The notes under the pieces were generated by a model, which saw only the letters and a program-made list of their open reading frames with translations, was not told the origin of the DNA and searched no databases. Of a stretch of DNA of 64,000 nt, positions 25,161 to 36,852 are shown piece after piece. Within the stretch, counting starts at the first letter, position 1. Each line of letters starts with the position of its first letter. The translations under genes and the position numbers were made by a program. The DNA comes from Cyanophora paradoxa CCMP329 (Eukaryota; Plantae; Glaucophyta), in the NCBI GenBank assembly GCA_004431415.1, contig QPMI01000144.1:10325-74324 (forward strand). The letters run 5' to 3'.

Positions 25161-26957
25161 TTCAGTTTCCAATCTACGACATTTGTCCGTATGTGTTCTA
25201 ATTCAGCGTGCGCTTTCGAATCCGGATTCGGCACCGGTATCGGCGGCGGATATATTTATAATTAGACTTTGCCATTGGAAGCGACGGCTTCCCCATCATT
25301 GCCGTGTCGCCCGATACCGGCCTTCGCTTCATTCACTGCCTGTGAGCAATCTCCTCAATCGATTCTTCTGAATGCGCGTTCTGAATCTTTAGATCTGGTG
25401 CTGAACTCTGCACAGAGACTACAGCTGTGAGAACACGGAGACCCGAAATTTCGCAGAGGTCCCAGCGACGCAAGGCACCGTCCTCAGATCGAACGTCGCT
25501 CTGTCCGTTGGCGGGGACGGTTTGCCCATCATCGCTGTTGCAAGGACGGTACGGCATCTATAAGCGGGCCCCGCGGTACTCTGCCTGACCCTCAGCCGCG
25601 CGCAGAGCGAGCTGGTGTTCTGCCTGACCCTCAGCTGCGAGCGGGCGGTGACCGCGCCGTTCCGCCTGCCGGGCTTCCCGCCCACCTACAAGCCCGATGT
25701 CGCCGTCCCCTCCGACGGGAACCCCGTCGTCCTGTACAGCGTGCGCCCTGGGTGCCCGTTTTGCGCGCGCGGCGTGATCGTACATGTGCCGTGCACGTGC
25801 ACGTGATCGCGCGAAATTCGGATTCGAAGTTAAACCACAACGCGGAAGCCTGTGTTATTAAATCAAACCGCAATCCTCCTCTCTTCTCCTGATTCCATCG
25901 CGGCGTTTCAATTTTCGCAGTCCGGGACCAACGGATATTACGAAACCGACCAGTTCGTGAACGTGCGAATTTCACCGATCCATGGCCGGCCGCCTATCCG
26001 TACCCGTCTTGACATCTCCGGATTTGCGCTTGCAGATCGCGCGGTGCCGTGACCGGCGCTGCTCCGCCTTCGACGTGGGCCCCGAGCTGGGCGCCCCCGT
26101 CGGGCCGCTGCTCGTCGTCCCCTCTACCGGCGCCGGCGCGACGTCGACGCTCCTCGTCTTCAAGGTCGTCCGCCGCCAGCTGCCCCCGCCCTCAGGATCC
26201 CCATCCGCATCCGACGTGCCTCAAGTTCGTTCAATTATTAAAATTCAAGCCGTGTTGTACCAATCATCATTGAATGTGCCCGGCTTGCAGTACGAGAGCG
26301 CGATCCAAGTGGCGGACTGCGCGGGCGCGTCGTGCACCGGCCCGCTCGCCTTCCGCGACATCTTCTCCATTGCCACCGCCGGCAACGAGCCCGGCGTCTC
26401 CCCGAGCTCCCTCTCCGCCGCCCTCAGCCCCGCCGGCCGGCCCCTGCTCGCTTTTGCCGTCGGGACGACCGTCTACCAGGCGGAGTGCGCCGACGCCGTG
26501 TGCACAAGCGCCGAATCGAAGCCCGTTGTCGAGCGCCCGTGCGCCACCGCGCTCGACCAGGTGCGCCCCATGCGATCGAATTTGAATTCGTTGTTTGGCG
26601 CCTGGCGCGAGGATGGCGATAGTAATGGATGTGACGGGCGGGCATGCGCAGGTCTCCATCGCCTCGCTGGGCGACGTCACTCTCGTCGCCTACACCCAGG
26701 GCGAGCGGGCGCGCACCCCGGCTTCAATAGAAAATTTGAAAAGCAATCTAGATCGTATCGGCTCACGCTCGCGGTTCGCCGCGGATGCGCAGGACCCCCT
26801 GCTGGCGGGGAAGGACATGGAGGCCTTCTCGCGCTTGTACATCGCCAAGCTCCCGCGGTGCGCTCGGCTTGCTGGCTCGACGTGTAACGTTCTTGGATTG
26901 ACTTCGCTTATAACCAGGTACACTCGCCTCGCCTGCGCTCGCGTGGACTATCCTTGA
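23512..26957 (+). CDS. Secreted/membrane protein with repeated V/IAxCxDxxC (probable beta-propeller) motifs, multi-exon
   Basis: Hydrophobic leader FAFVCALAAVGLLLQCRTALA, then SRTLIRFDL, and repeats VAHCSDKNCT, IARCRDRRCS, VADCAGASCT, QAECADAVCT. Confidence 0.55.
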
Positions 26958-27036
26958 TAATGATCACACTTGTTGTCATTGTCTCTGGACGGGATCTCCA
27001 ATGTACAATTACAAAACGATTTATACGTAGACACCT

Positions 27037-28134
27037 CTACAGAATTATGCGAACGCGGTCTCGGATGCAGGCGCGGCAGTCGGGGCACTCCTCGACCCGC
27101 GCGGCGCAGAGCTCGCACAGTCGCGTGTGGCCGCAGGGGCGCAGGGAGACGCCGCGGGGCCGGTCCATGCACACGGTGCAGCGCTCGGCCTCGACCTGCG
27201 CCGCCGCCTCCGCCGCGAGGCGCTGCGCGAGGGCGCCGGCCTCGAGCAGGCCGGCGGCCACTGCCGCGAGCCGCCCGGGAGGCAGCTCGCGCATGCTGTG
27301 CTCCGCGAAGAGGCGCAGAGCCGCCTCGAGGCTCGCGATCGGGACGCCGCGAGAATTCAGAGGCCCACGGCCAGCGGCGTCAAGCGGGGGAGGGCCGTTG
27401 ACGTCGACGTCGGCCACGGCGCGCTCCGCAGCGTCCATCGCCTCCCGCTGCCGCCGGAGTGCCGCCAGCAGCCCCGACCTCGCCTCCTCGCCCCGCCGCC
27501 TCGCCTCGGCCTCCCTCCGCGAGACCGCCGCCTCCGCCTCCGCCGCCTCCGCCGCAGCTCTGGCGACCGCGGCCGCAGCGGCCGCCTCGGCCGCGGCGAG
27601 CTGTTCCGCCGCTGCAGTCGCCGCAGCGGCAGCCTCTGCTCGCTCCTGCGCAAGCAGCGCCTCCACCTGCCCCCGCTGCGCCCGTTCTACCTCCAGAAGC
27701 TGCGCCAGCGCGTCGCGCTCCGCCCACAGCTGCTCCGCTTCGGCCTGCGCCCGCTGCAGCTCCTCCTGGAGCTGGAGCTGCTGCTGCCTGGCCGTCTCCG
27801 CCGACGCAGGAGGGGGCGACGTGGGCTTGGAGACGAGAGGGGGCCTGTACGGTGGGGGACGATCACGGTCACGAGCTCGAGGAAGTGCAGGCTGTTGCGC
27901 GCTGGCTGCAGCTGCAGGCAGGGCTGTTCGCAATTGAGAGCCAGGCTCACGGTTGCGAATGTTCTCCGAATTCGAAGTCTGTGCTGGCAGTTCAAACTCC
28001 GCCAATTGATCATTCGCATCGTGCACGTGAGGCCTAGGCTCGCGATCGATCGATATTGCGAGCTCCGCCTCTGCTCCCAGTGGCTGCACACGCGGTACGG
28101 ATGTTGAGATTTTTCGAAATCGCAAAGGCTGCAA
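27037..28134 (-). CDS. RING-HC (C3HC4, IAP/MGRN-type) E3 ligase-like protein with a coiled coil
   Basis: C-terminal CTVCMDRPRGVSLRPCGHTRLCELCAARVEECPDCR and an Ala/Glu/Gln-rich coiled coil. 5' end uncertain. Confidence 0.8.
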   Translation of the reverse strand: MQPLRFRKISTSVPRVQPLGAEAELAISIDREPRPHVHDANDQLAEFELPAQTSNSENIRNREPGSQLRTALPAAAASAQQPALPRARDRDRPPPYRPPLVSKPTSPPPASAETARQQQLQLQEELQRAQAEAEQLWAERDALAQLLEVERAQRGQVEALLAQERAEAAAAATAAAEQLAAAEAAAAAAVARAAAEAAEAEAAVSRREAEARRRGEEARSGLLAALRRQREAMDAAERAVADVDVNGPPPLDAAGRGPLNSRGVPIASLEAALRLFAEHSMRELPPGRLAAVAAGLLEAGALAQRLAAEAAAQVEAERCTVCMDRPRGVSLRPCGHTRLCELCAARVEECPDCRACIRDRVRIIL

Positions 28135-28710
28135 AGTAAAGGTTTGTGCAGCCTACAGCTATAGCTAGGCCTGCGAACCATGCGAGTGGCCATGGATGTC
28201 GACGTGGGGATAGAGCACTCGATCGCGAGCTGAAGATCACGATCGACATCGATGCGATCATGTTCATCGAATTCATGATCAGAAGTGCGATTCGGATTCG
28301 AATTCGGCTGCTGCGTGGCAAACTGTTAAAGTTATACTTTAGCTTTATTTTTAATTTTTACTTCTTCGAAATTACGCCACCTTCGCTTTGGACTTCTTCT
28401 TCTTGGTCGTCCTTGCAATTGAATATGAAGAGCTTGCGCATGCGACGTCGACTGCAGCTGGCGCGCTCTGCTCTAGATCTTTTGCCCCCTGGCCTGTCCA
28501 TGGGCTCAATGTCGGCTCACTCTGCTTAGAGATGGCAATTGTTAATCTCAGGATCGATATTAAGAGGAGCTCGGGTATATCATACCAGCATCGATGTCGA
28601 TGACGTGCACGTGGTAGCACCTGTACATGTGCATGTATAGCATCCGGGATCCGCGACCGTGCACGTATACGTAGTCAGCGATCATGTATGCACACGCATA
28701 GTGTTTTAAT

Positions 28711-28989
28711 TTATATGTTAGAAAAAAATGCGCCGGCGAGTCGCGCACGTCTGCAGCTGTTGACGTTCGACATGGCGAGAATTGCATCAGCATGTACTTT
28801 CCTCACTGTTTTTTGGCGTATCCTGGCAGAGAGAGCCGGACCGTTGCAACACGACTGCAGCATTTTCAAACACTCCACGTCGGACATTTGGGTCACGACA
28901 TTTGCGAGCTGTCTTTGTGTGTCTTCTGGCAGAGGCAACCTTGGACCTACTTTAAGCCTTGAAAGGTTCTTGGGCTCCCTCATTAATGT
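28711..28989 (-). CDS. Downstream exon of the host beta-helix gene interrupted by the virus
   Basis: Acceptor TTCAG ends at 28990, then TLMREPKNL..., which is phase 0 and in frame with the exon ending ...RGMK at 53708. Confidence 0.6.
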   Translation of the reverse strand, partial: TLMREPKNLSRLKVGPRLPLPEDTQRQLANVVTQMSDVECLKMLQSCCNGPALSARIRQKTVRKVHADAILAMSNVNSCRRARLAGAFFSNI

Positions 28990-29076
28990 CTGAATTTAAT
29001 GCAAACGCGCGCATTTCAGCGTTTCAAAATCAAAAAAAGATTTTGCACACGTGCACGTGTGCAAGTATACGTCTAC

Positions 29077-29359
29077 TGTTGTAAAGGGGAGGACCCCCCC
29101 CCAAACCAGACCGCCCCCAAAGTCTGGTTTTACCTTCAGGGATCCACCCCTTCTAGCGTCATCAATTAGCGATTTTTCTGAGATCAGTTAGGCGTGTTAA
29201 TTAGGCGTGATGATGGACGAGCATGGATTTGAAGATTGGAAGGCGTGAGGGCGAGTGCATTTGGATCTGAGTAGAGAATATCGAGGGAGCTCTATCTAGG
29301 CGCTATCAGGGGCGACCTCCCAAGCGGTACGGGCCCCCAGAGCGGTCTGGTGCGGCCTC
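29077..29359 (+). repeat. Left terminal inverted repeat (283 bp)
   Basis: TGTTGTAAAGGGGAGG...GGTGCGGCCTC, exact reverse complement of 53415-53697 by manual comparison. Confidence 0.96.
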
Positions 29360-29558
29360 TGGAGATGAGAAACGTCGAGATTAATATGTACAGTACTAGT
29401 GGACCTATAGCTAACTGCTGAACGTAACTGCTCCTCACACAAATCAGAGTCATATATCAGAGTCAGAGTCAGAGTCTGAACTGTTCCTTACTGAGTCAGA
29501 GTCAGAGCCATAGAGTATTCTATAGCTAATCATTTGATAGCTATAGAATAATTCAAGA

Positions 29559-29813
29559 TCAATGCGCCACCGACATGGAGGGCAGTAATCTGATATATCG
29601 ATATATAGGTGTCAGAAAGCATTTCAGCAAAGAATGATATATAGTCATTATATAAGTAAACGCACATTTGTGGCGGTCGGGCACGTCCGCATCCTGTAGA
29701 GGACGAGAGTCTGCACACTCGCAGCAGCAGGGCATACAACCGGACTTGACAAGGGCGCATGCTGCCTTTTCGCCGTAACGGTGAATCTTGCGCGACGGCT
29801 CGCACACGTTCAT
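29559..29813 (-). CDS. Small Cys-rich protein, paralog of 29886..30134
   Basis: CEPSRK...CALVKSGCMPCCCECADS matches CEPSHK...CALVKYGCLPCCCECMDS. Confidence 0.4.
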   Translation of the reverse strand: MNVCEPSRKIHRYGEKAACALVKSGCMPCCCECADSRPLQDADVPDRHKCAFTYIMTIYHSLLKCFLTPIYRYIRLLPSMSVAH

Positions 29814-29885
29814 TCTTGCTTCGACGCGCCAGCGGCACGGAGGGCAGTAATCTGATAGATTTTATTAGGCAAGGCACAAATTGTA

Positions 29886-30134
29886 CTAAGTGTACGTAAT
29901 TGCACACGCACACATATGGTAGCGAGAAGGGATGCTAGAACGTATACTAGAATCCATGCACTCGCAACAGCAGGGCAAACAACCGTACTTTACAAGGGCG
30001 CATGTGGATTCGAAATTGAGCTTGTGGGACGGCTCGCACAGGAAGCTGGTAATGTGAAGGCAAATCTCTTCTGGAAACGGCAGAACCTCAGTCAACAGCT
30101 GTGCAACTTCTGTGACGGTTGCCGATCGCGACAT
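29886..30134 (-). CDS. Small Cys-rich protein with an F-box-like N-terminus
   Basis: LPFPEEICLHITSFL resembles the F-box pattern LPxEIxxxIxxYL; followed by PCCCEC. Confidence 0.45.
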   Translation of the reverse strand: MSRSATVTEVAQLLTEVLPFPEEICLHITSFLCEPSHKLNFESTCALVKYGCLPCCCECMDSSIRSSIPSRYHMCACAITYT

Positions 30135-30804
30135 GGCCCAGTGGTCTACTAGGCCCGGGCTAGCGCTAGTACGACTCTGTAGTAGAGTCTGTACGAGTAG
30201 GCTACGCCGCTACTAGGCTACTTACTACTACTAAGTTAGCCGCTAGTAGCCCGCTACTATAGTACGCCGCGACCGCGACTTGCCAAGTTGCCAAGTTGGC
30301 GAGTGTGATAGCTGAAAGCCGCTGAGCACGCCTTTTATACTACGGTTGTGTTTCTTTATTCAGAAAGAAAGATAATAATTGCAATTTGGCCGGCTTAAGA
30401 AGGTTCCATCAAGTTCTGCTACTTCATATAACAAAATTCGCATTTAACATAAAAGAATTAAATTCTGGGTCCCGAAGGTTCCAGCTGCCGAGTCAGACGT
30501 GGCAGCTTGCCATTGGCCAACGTGGCAGCTCGCCATTGGCCAACTTCAAGAATTGTGCAATTAGCAAAATGAGTTATATTCGTATTTGTTTGCGCCATGA
30601 TATTGAAAAACAGTACAATTGTAAGATTTGTCTATAGCAATTCTCAATTCTATTGCTGAAGTTCTAGCAATTCTCAATTCTCTACCTGCCAGGCTGTTGC
30701 TGCAACTTCAAATTTCAGGCTTGCTAGCATGCTGGCCTAGCTAGCGCCGCCGTCAAGGCCGACGTACTACTGTAGGCGTAGTTTTTTAGCCGTTGTAAAT
30801 AATT

Positions 30805-30944
30805 CGGCAATTTAGTATGACGGCAATTGCTTTGGGGGTAGGTAAATGCTCAGCCCGCCATAGAGCAGAAATCTGGATTCGGCAATTTAATACCACGGCA
30901 ATTCCGGTTTTGGACAAATTCGGCAATTTTACTACGCGGCAATT
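30805..30944 (+). promoter_or_regulatory. Three pairs of CGGCAATT direct repeats, candidate protein-binding sites
   Basis: Copies at 30805/30821, 30880/30896 and 30921/30937; each pair is 16 bp apart. Confidence 0.5.
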
Positions 30945-32132
30945 TAACTACGCCTAAAGTAGACTACTAGCTATAGCGCGGTACTAGCGCCGCTAGCTAT
31001 AGCGGCTAGCGTATTATAATTACATTTGTACATCAAGTCGAGCTGATGTTAATTTGATGCGGATCGGAGTCATGGGAAAGTTTGCAATTGACTCATTGAC
31101 TCAGTGATGGCTATCATAGTATTTGAAGCCGCCGCCGTCGACGTCAGTAGGCCTGCACCGCGCGCGACTCAGCTCGAGAGTCAGAGGCTCAGAGCTAGCG
31201 ACGCTCAGGCTACTAGGCTAACCCATTAATTAGTACAGCTAGCGCTAGCGCAGCGCCACGCACGTTTGATTTTGATAGCTTCCATTTCAACTTCTTCCTT
31301 CAGCTTGAGCACGCGACTGCAGATCGCGTCGAGATGTTGCATGCTACTATCGTGCTCTTGCTGGCTCTGCGCAAGCGCCGCGAGCGTTAGTGCATCGGAC
31401 TCGCCGACGCCAGCGCTAGTCGCGCTAGTCTATCTCCTCACCATATTGTGACTCTTGAGCTCGAGATCATGTCTGATTTGCCGCATTCCTGCAGCCATGC
31501 TGCTCAAATCCTCGAAAAGGGCCGCAAACATCTGCTCGCTAATTTCTGCTCGCATCGAAACTCGTATGTCGTCGAGGCGCCGGCGCTTGTTCGACATAGC
31601 GTTCTCAAGGCTGTGCTCGGTGTTGTTGGCCATTGGATTTGGGGTCTGTACGCTCGCAAAGCTTGCTGCGCACGCGTGTACTCTTCTTTTGCTAGCTCTA
31701 TTGCCTGCTCTGAGCGTCCGGATCCTGATTTATCTGCCCGGTCTAATCTGGCCTTCGCGTTTTTGCAGTCTTTCCTCAGCCGTGCCTTCTCCGGGTGCTC
31801 CGCCTTTTTCCACTTTGCAGTGCGCTCCTTTCCGGGGACTGGCGGCGGCCGCGGCGCTGCAAGGCGCTGGTGCCGGGCTGGACCGCTTACTAGTTTAACT
31901 GAGCTTGCCGGTGCCGCCAGCCTGGCCTAAGAGTCTAGGACTTCCCGGGCCGAAGCTTCGAGGTTTTCCACCGACTTTCTTTAATTGGCTGAAAAGAAAG
32001 AAAGAGAGAAAACACGAAAAAACGTGAAGAAACGAGAAACAGTCAAAAACCAATTGCAATTCGAAAAAAGTCACGAGTCTCAAAAAAACAACATATTGAA
32101 CGTGTACCGTCACTACCGTGACATCCGTATCC

Positions 32133-32330
32133 GACGTACGGCGGGTGTGACGGACGTACGGCGGGTGTGACGGACGTACGGCGGGTGTGACACTGTGACA
32201 GTCGACGTCAGGCCGCTAGTACTAGCCTAGTAGGCCCGCTACACCCGCTAGCGCTAGCGCTAACCTAGCCTAGTAGCTGGTACGGCTTGCGGACGTTCGG
32301 CGGTGTGACGGACGTACGGCGAGGGTGACG
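32133..32330. repeat. 20-bp tandem repeat containing GGTGTGAC
   Basis: GACGTACGGCGGGTGTGAC(G) x3 at 32133-32191 plus degenerate copies at ~32291-32330, next to an A-rich tract at ~31990-32100. Confidence 0.8.
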
Positions 32331-32493
32331 CGGGCGGTCTGCAGTGACACTGTGCAATCGGCTAGCACAGCAGTAGCGCTAGCGCTAGCGCTAGCTATAT
32401 ATATATAGGTCCTAGCAAGTCTTAGAGATAGCTTCACGATCTAGCGCTACAGCTCCGGCCGCGGATCGAGAGCGCCACAATCACTAAGCCAAG

Positions 32494-33162
32494 ATGCCGT
32501 CGCACAATCCAACAGCGTACCGGCGTGCTCTGAAAGAGGGGCTGAAGCATCTATGTTCGACGGCACTGGAGCGCCAAGTAATAAGCCAGCGCGATTATGC
32601 GTATTTTGAGCTATTTTTCAGCAGCAACTCGAGGAAAAGTCTTAACTCGATTAACATGTGCATACTATCAATTCACAGAATCATGCGCGACGCAAATCAG
32701 CAGTACGTGCAAATGATGGAGATAGCTGGGTCGTCCCCTGAGCAAGCTCAACTGCGGGCTGACATCGAACGGGCTTATCAACGAGTTGAAGAAGCTGATC
32801 TGACTGCGTTTTCCCTAGCGAGTATCAAAACGTTCTCGCACCAGGCTGATTCGATTTGCCCAATTCCAGATGTAGGCGTTGAGGATTCACAGTCTATCGC
32901 TAATGCGTCAGAGACAGCGAGCACCGTACTTGGCGAAGCCGAAGAGCCAGCTGCAGCGGAGGGCATAGCCAGCGCCGGCCAAGGCGAAAATGACGAGAAT
33001 AATAATTCAGCACCGGCTGATGCAGCTGCTGAGATCGAACAGGGCTCTGATCGTGAGGAGATCGACGCCACGCGTACGGCTCTAGATCTTGATCCAGTGG
33101 TTGATGGCTCCGTTCCAGGGGGCTTGGGGTTGGAGGGAGCGAAGTGGTCCGGCTATAGCTAG
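32494..33162 (+). CDS. Hypothetical viral protein with an acidic low-complexity C-terminus
   Basis: 222-aa ATG ORF directly upstream of and co-oriented with pPolB; may continue into 33089..33394 through a frameshift. Confidence 0.55.
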   Translation: MPSHNPTAYRRALKEGLKHLCSTALERQVISQRDYAYFELFFSSNSRKSLNSINMCILSIHRIMRDANQQYVQMMEIAGSSPEQAQLRADIERAYQRVEEADLTAFSLASIKTFSHQADSICPIPDVGVEDSQSIANASETASTVLGEAEEPAAAEGIASAGQGENDENNNSAPADAAAEIEQGSDREEIDATRTALDLDPVVDGSVPGGLGLEGAKWSGYS

Positions 33163-33526
33163 CGCTAGCACCGACGCCAGGCGAGCTCAGCAGCCTCGCC
33201 GGCAGTTGACAGCAGAGGAGCGCGCAGAGCGACTACTGAAGCGTAAGCGTAAGGCGCAGCACGAGCTCTGCCTAAAATTGAAAGCAGCTGGGGTTAGAGT
33301 GGCTGTGGTGGGAATCAGACGAGAAGATGGCGGCCACTATTTCACAGAGCTCGTCCGACTTCAGAGCAGTTTACAAGATGGTCACAAATCGTGAACACGA
33401 TCATGCTGGCCAGCCCTTGACCTCTCTTGCATGGCTTAGAGGTTTCCTGCATTCTATCTAGCAGTCAGAGATTGTTGCGCTGAAATCCGAAATTAATTTC
33501 AGTCCCTCTTCTTGGAAGCGCATGCA

Positions 33527-36500
33527 ATGGCCAGCACTGCAGCACTTAAGGCCGAACTTAGAAATTTAGCGACAGAACTTTATGATCGTGGATATGTTCA
33601 CGGGACATTTCGAAACAAACTGATGCGCCTAGCGGACGCTAGCAGCGGGACCTGGGGCCAAACGATTCGCAAATATATAGCGACACTGCTGCGACTGCGG
33701 AGCACGATTCGCCCAGCACGCCGCTTATATGAAGGCCAGCTCGCAGGCCATTTTGGCGCAATTGCAGCAGCTCGCGCAAACGCGGTTCAGGCCGAGGAGG
33801 CGATACTGGAGGACGTTCCTAATATATTTCAGGATGTTGAAGAAATTCCCGTGCCACAAGATCTGGATGGGGTGCTCTCTCACAGGCACCACCGCTATCC
33901 GAATTTACTATTCGATAAGCACGTATATGCAATCGAGCCCACCTACGATCCGGAGTCCGTAAAGAATTTAACTATCGACGTTCTGGGTCAACTGGGCATT
34001 GCAGAGATGATAGGGCGATTTGTGTTAATCCGGTTCCGCTTTGACAATAATCACATGTATACGACCCAGCTGATCCAAATAAGACAGAACGGGTTGCAGA
34101 GTTTGACTGAGAGTTTAGATGAGCGGATTGCGCAGTGGATGTCAGCACAAATGTCATATCAGGAGGACGATTTCTGGACGGTAACATCGATCGAGGTGTT
34201 AATTGCAGACAACGCGGCTGGCGCCCTAGGCAATGTTCCGAAATTGCCATTTTATCATAGGACAGTCGATAAGCTATACTGCCCGATGTCCCCAGCGAAT
34301 GACTGCGTGCTCGAATGCTTTGAGTACGTTAAATTAAATCCACGCGGACTGAGCCTGAAGACAGTAATCGAAAAGCTGGCAAAGGCACCCTATGCATCTA
34401 TTCGAGAGCGGCTCGGACTGGGAAAGGGCATGATATCTCTTGATCGCAGCACAGTAGAAGCAATCTGCGGATTTTATTCGATAGATACAACTGTGACGGA
34501 GTGGGCAAACACGAAATTCAAGGAGCTTTTTCGAACCCAGTTTGATTATTCGAAGCGTGCAATTCTCTGCAACATTGATGGGCATTGCTACCTGATTAAA
34601 AAGGAGGCGACACTAGGTCTGGAGCGGTGCCCTTGCTGCGGAAAGATGTTTGATTTGGCAACGCATGTGGAGCAATGCACGTTCTGCAATAACTGCAAAC
34701 GCGCGTACGACCCCAGAAAAGATCATTCATCAGAGTGCCAGGAGATGACGCGCCGTCAAAACGTGATCGGGCGGCAAATCAAGCCCTGCAAACCGGAGAC
34801 AGAATTTACAGCGTTGGACAGCGTTGTCTGCGCGGATTTTGAAACGTTTGCTGCCAACGGCAAGACGCACGTTCCATATGCTGTCAGCTATTGCACGATT
34901 GAAAAAGGGGAGGTCTCGCCATGCGAGTTAATTTATGGTGAGCAAACGTTGGACTTGTTCATGCGCTGGCTTGAGCGCCGCAGCGAAAAGACGACGTTGG
35001 TGTTCTACAATGGGTCTGGCTTTGACTATATATTTGTCTACAAATGGCTCGTGTTAAATCGACCGAATACAGCATTAAACGTTCTGCGGTCGAACGGCAA
35101 GATCAAGAATATGTCGTGGAAAACGGCTGCAGGCGGGCCTATAAGTACGTTTGATCCGTGCCTGCACATCCAGGCTTCGCTCAAACAGGCCTGCAAGGAC
35201 TACGGCTGCACTAACGTAAAGGGAGATTTTGATCATAGCAAGATTAAAACGTGGGAGGACGTTGAGCGCTTTAAATCTGAATGGGAGCCGTACGTGGAAG
35301 ACGACGTTAAGGCAATGACAGAGCTTTACATTAAATATTCGACAGCAGTCTTCGATCTGTACGGCTTAAACGTGAACACAACGCAAACAACCACAGCTTC
35401 GGCAATGGCGTTCCAGATTCATCGGCAGACGTTGATCAATCCAATTTCGCTACCGACCTACAAGGATGATCAGGTGCTGCGCCAGGCAATATATGGTGGA
35501 CGGTGTCTCCCATTTAAACGCAAATTCGTCTCATCGGGCCCGGATGATTATTTAGTCGACCTGGATGTTGTAAGCTTGTATCCGACGGCTATGTACGAGA
35601 ATTGGTTTCCAACTGGAAAGTACAAGCATATTACGTCGCCCGATGCGCTGGACAGATTCTGCAAGATATTACAATCGAATCAGCGTTCGTTGATGTTTAT
35701 TGCGTGCGTGGACGTGACAATTCCGCAAAATCTGCTGCTCTCTCCGCTGCCACGGCACGAATCTAATCTAGGCTGGTCTAATCTCAAGCCAATTGAGCGC
35801 GGTTGGTATACGTCAGTCGATATTAATCGTGCAATTAAACTGGGATGCGAGGTGACGAAGGTGCGCGAGGTCTACCTGTTTGACGGTAAAGATCAGATGT
35901 TTAAGACCTACATGGAGCGGATGTACTGCCAGAAAGCTAGATCTCGCAAGGGAACAGCTCCGTATGCGACGTCAAAGATTTACATGAATGGCCTTTACGG
36001 TAAATATTGCCAGCGGCCTGTGATCACAACCTCGGATCTGGTCACATCATACAAGCGATTTCGAGAAATTCAGCGATCAGCGCAGATCACAGACATTTCG
36101 ATCGAATCAGACACGCGGATGTTTGTCACGTACGAGATTGAGGAGTCCAAGCGTGATAGAGCTGTCACTAAACCGTGCTTTATTGGCGCATTTATTCTGT
36201 CATATTCGCGGGAGATCATGGACAGGTTTCTGATTGAAATAGGCGCATACTGGAGCATCGATGCAATGCCGTTTTATACTGATACGGACTCTTTGATTGT
36301 CCATCGAAAATACGCTGATCTGCTGCGGGCAAAAGGTTATATGAAGCCAGCATATGATATAGCGACGGCAACAGATGCGGACATTTGCAGGCAGGAACTA
36401 GGGAAACTTGACTGTGACATTAAAGGGCGGATTGTGGAAGCGTACTTCATTGGGCCGAAGCTTTATACGTGTTCATTTGTACGTGACAGCGACGCGCAGC

Positions 36501-36852
36501 TTGATCTGCATGTACGCGCAAAGGGGATTCCGCAATCGTGGATCCAGGAGCACTGGCTACCAGACGAACCAGAGGCGAGGAAAGGGGCCCTCGACCGCAG
36601 GATCGCTCTGGATGCTTACAGGTGCATGCTCGAGGATCCCACGTACCAACCCAAATGCACAATCGAATCAAAGCTGGCCCGTGTTTATAAACCGAACGGG
36701 CGGCAACGGAGAGCGGAATCAGCTTTAGTTCCATGATCCAAATTCCGTTCGCTCGACAGCTGAACAAGTCGCAGTATACAAAGCGCAAGATAATTTCGGA
36801 CGAATACTATAGTAGCGTCCCCCATGAGTACCGCGCAGGCGAGCCGAATTAA
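33527..36852 (+). CDS. polB: Protein-primed family B DNA polymerase (pPolB); frameshift near 36700
   Basis: ExoI ADFET, ExoII FYNGSGFD, ExoIII YVEDDV, DVVSLYP, KIYMNGLYGK and YTDTDS. The shifted frame supplies the expected tail YTKRKII...SSVPHEY, ending TAA at 36852. Confidence 0.95.

Noticed and set aside
29075-29076. TIR extended by 2 bp (AC...GT termini)
   Set aside because: Those bases belong to the GTCTAC target duplication, whose ends happen to be self-complementary.
31260-31930. A defined gene on the minus strand of element B
   Set aside because: Helical, protein-like fragments occur in several frames, but no consistent start or family could be assigned, so it was not annotated.
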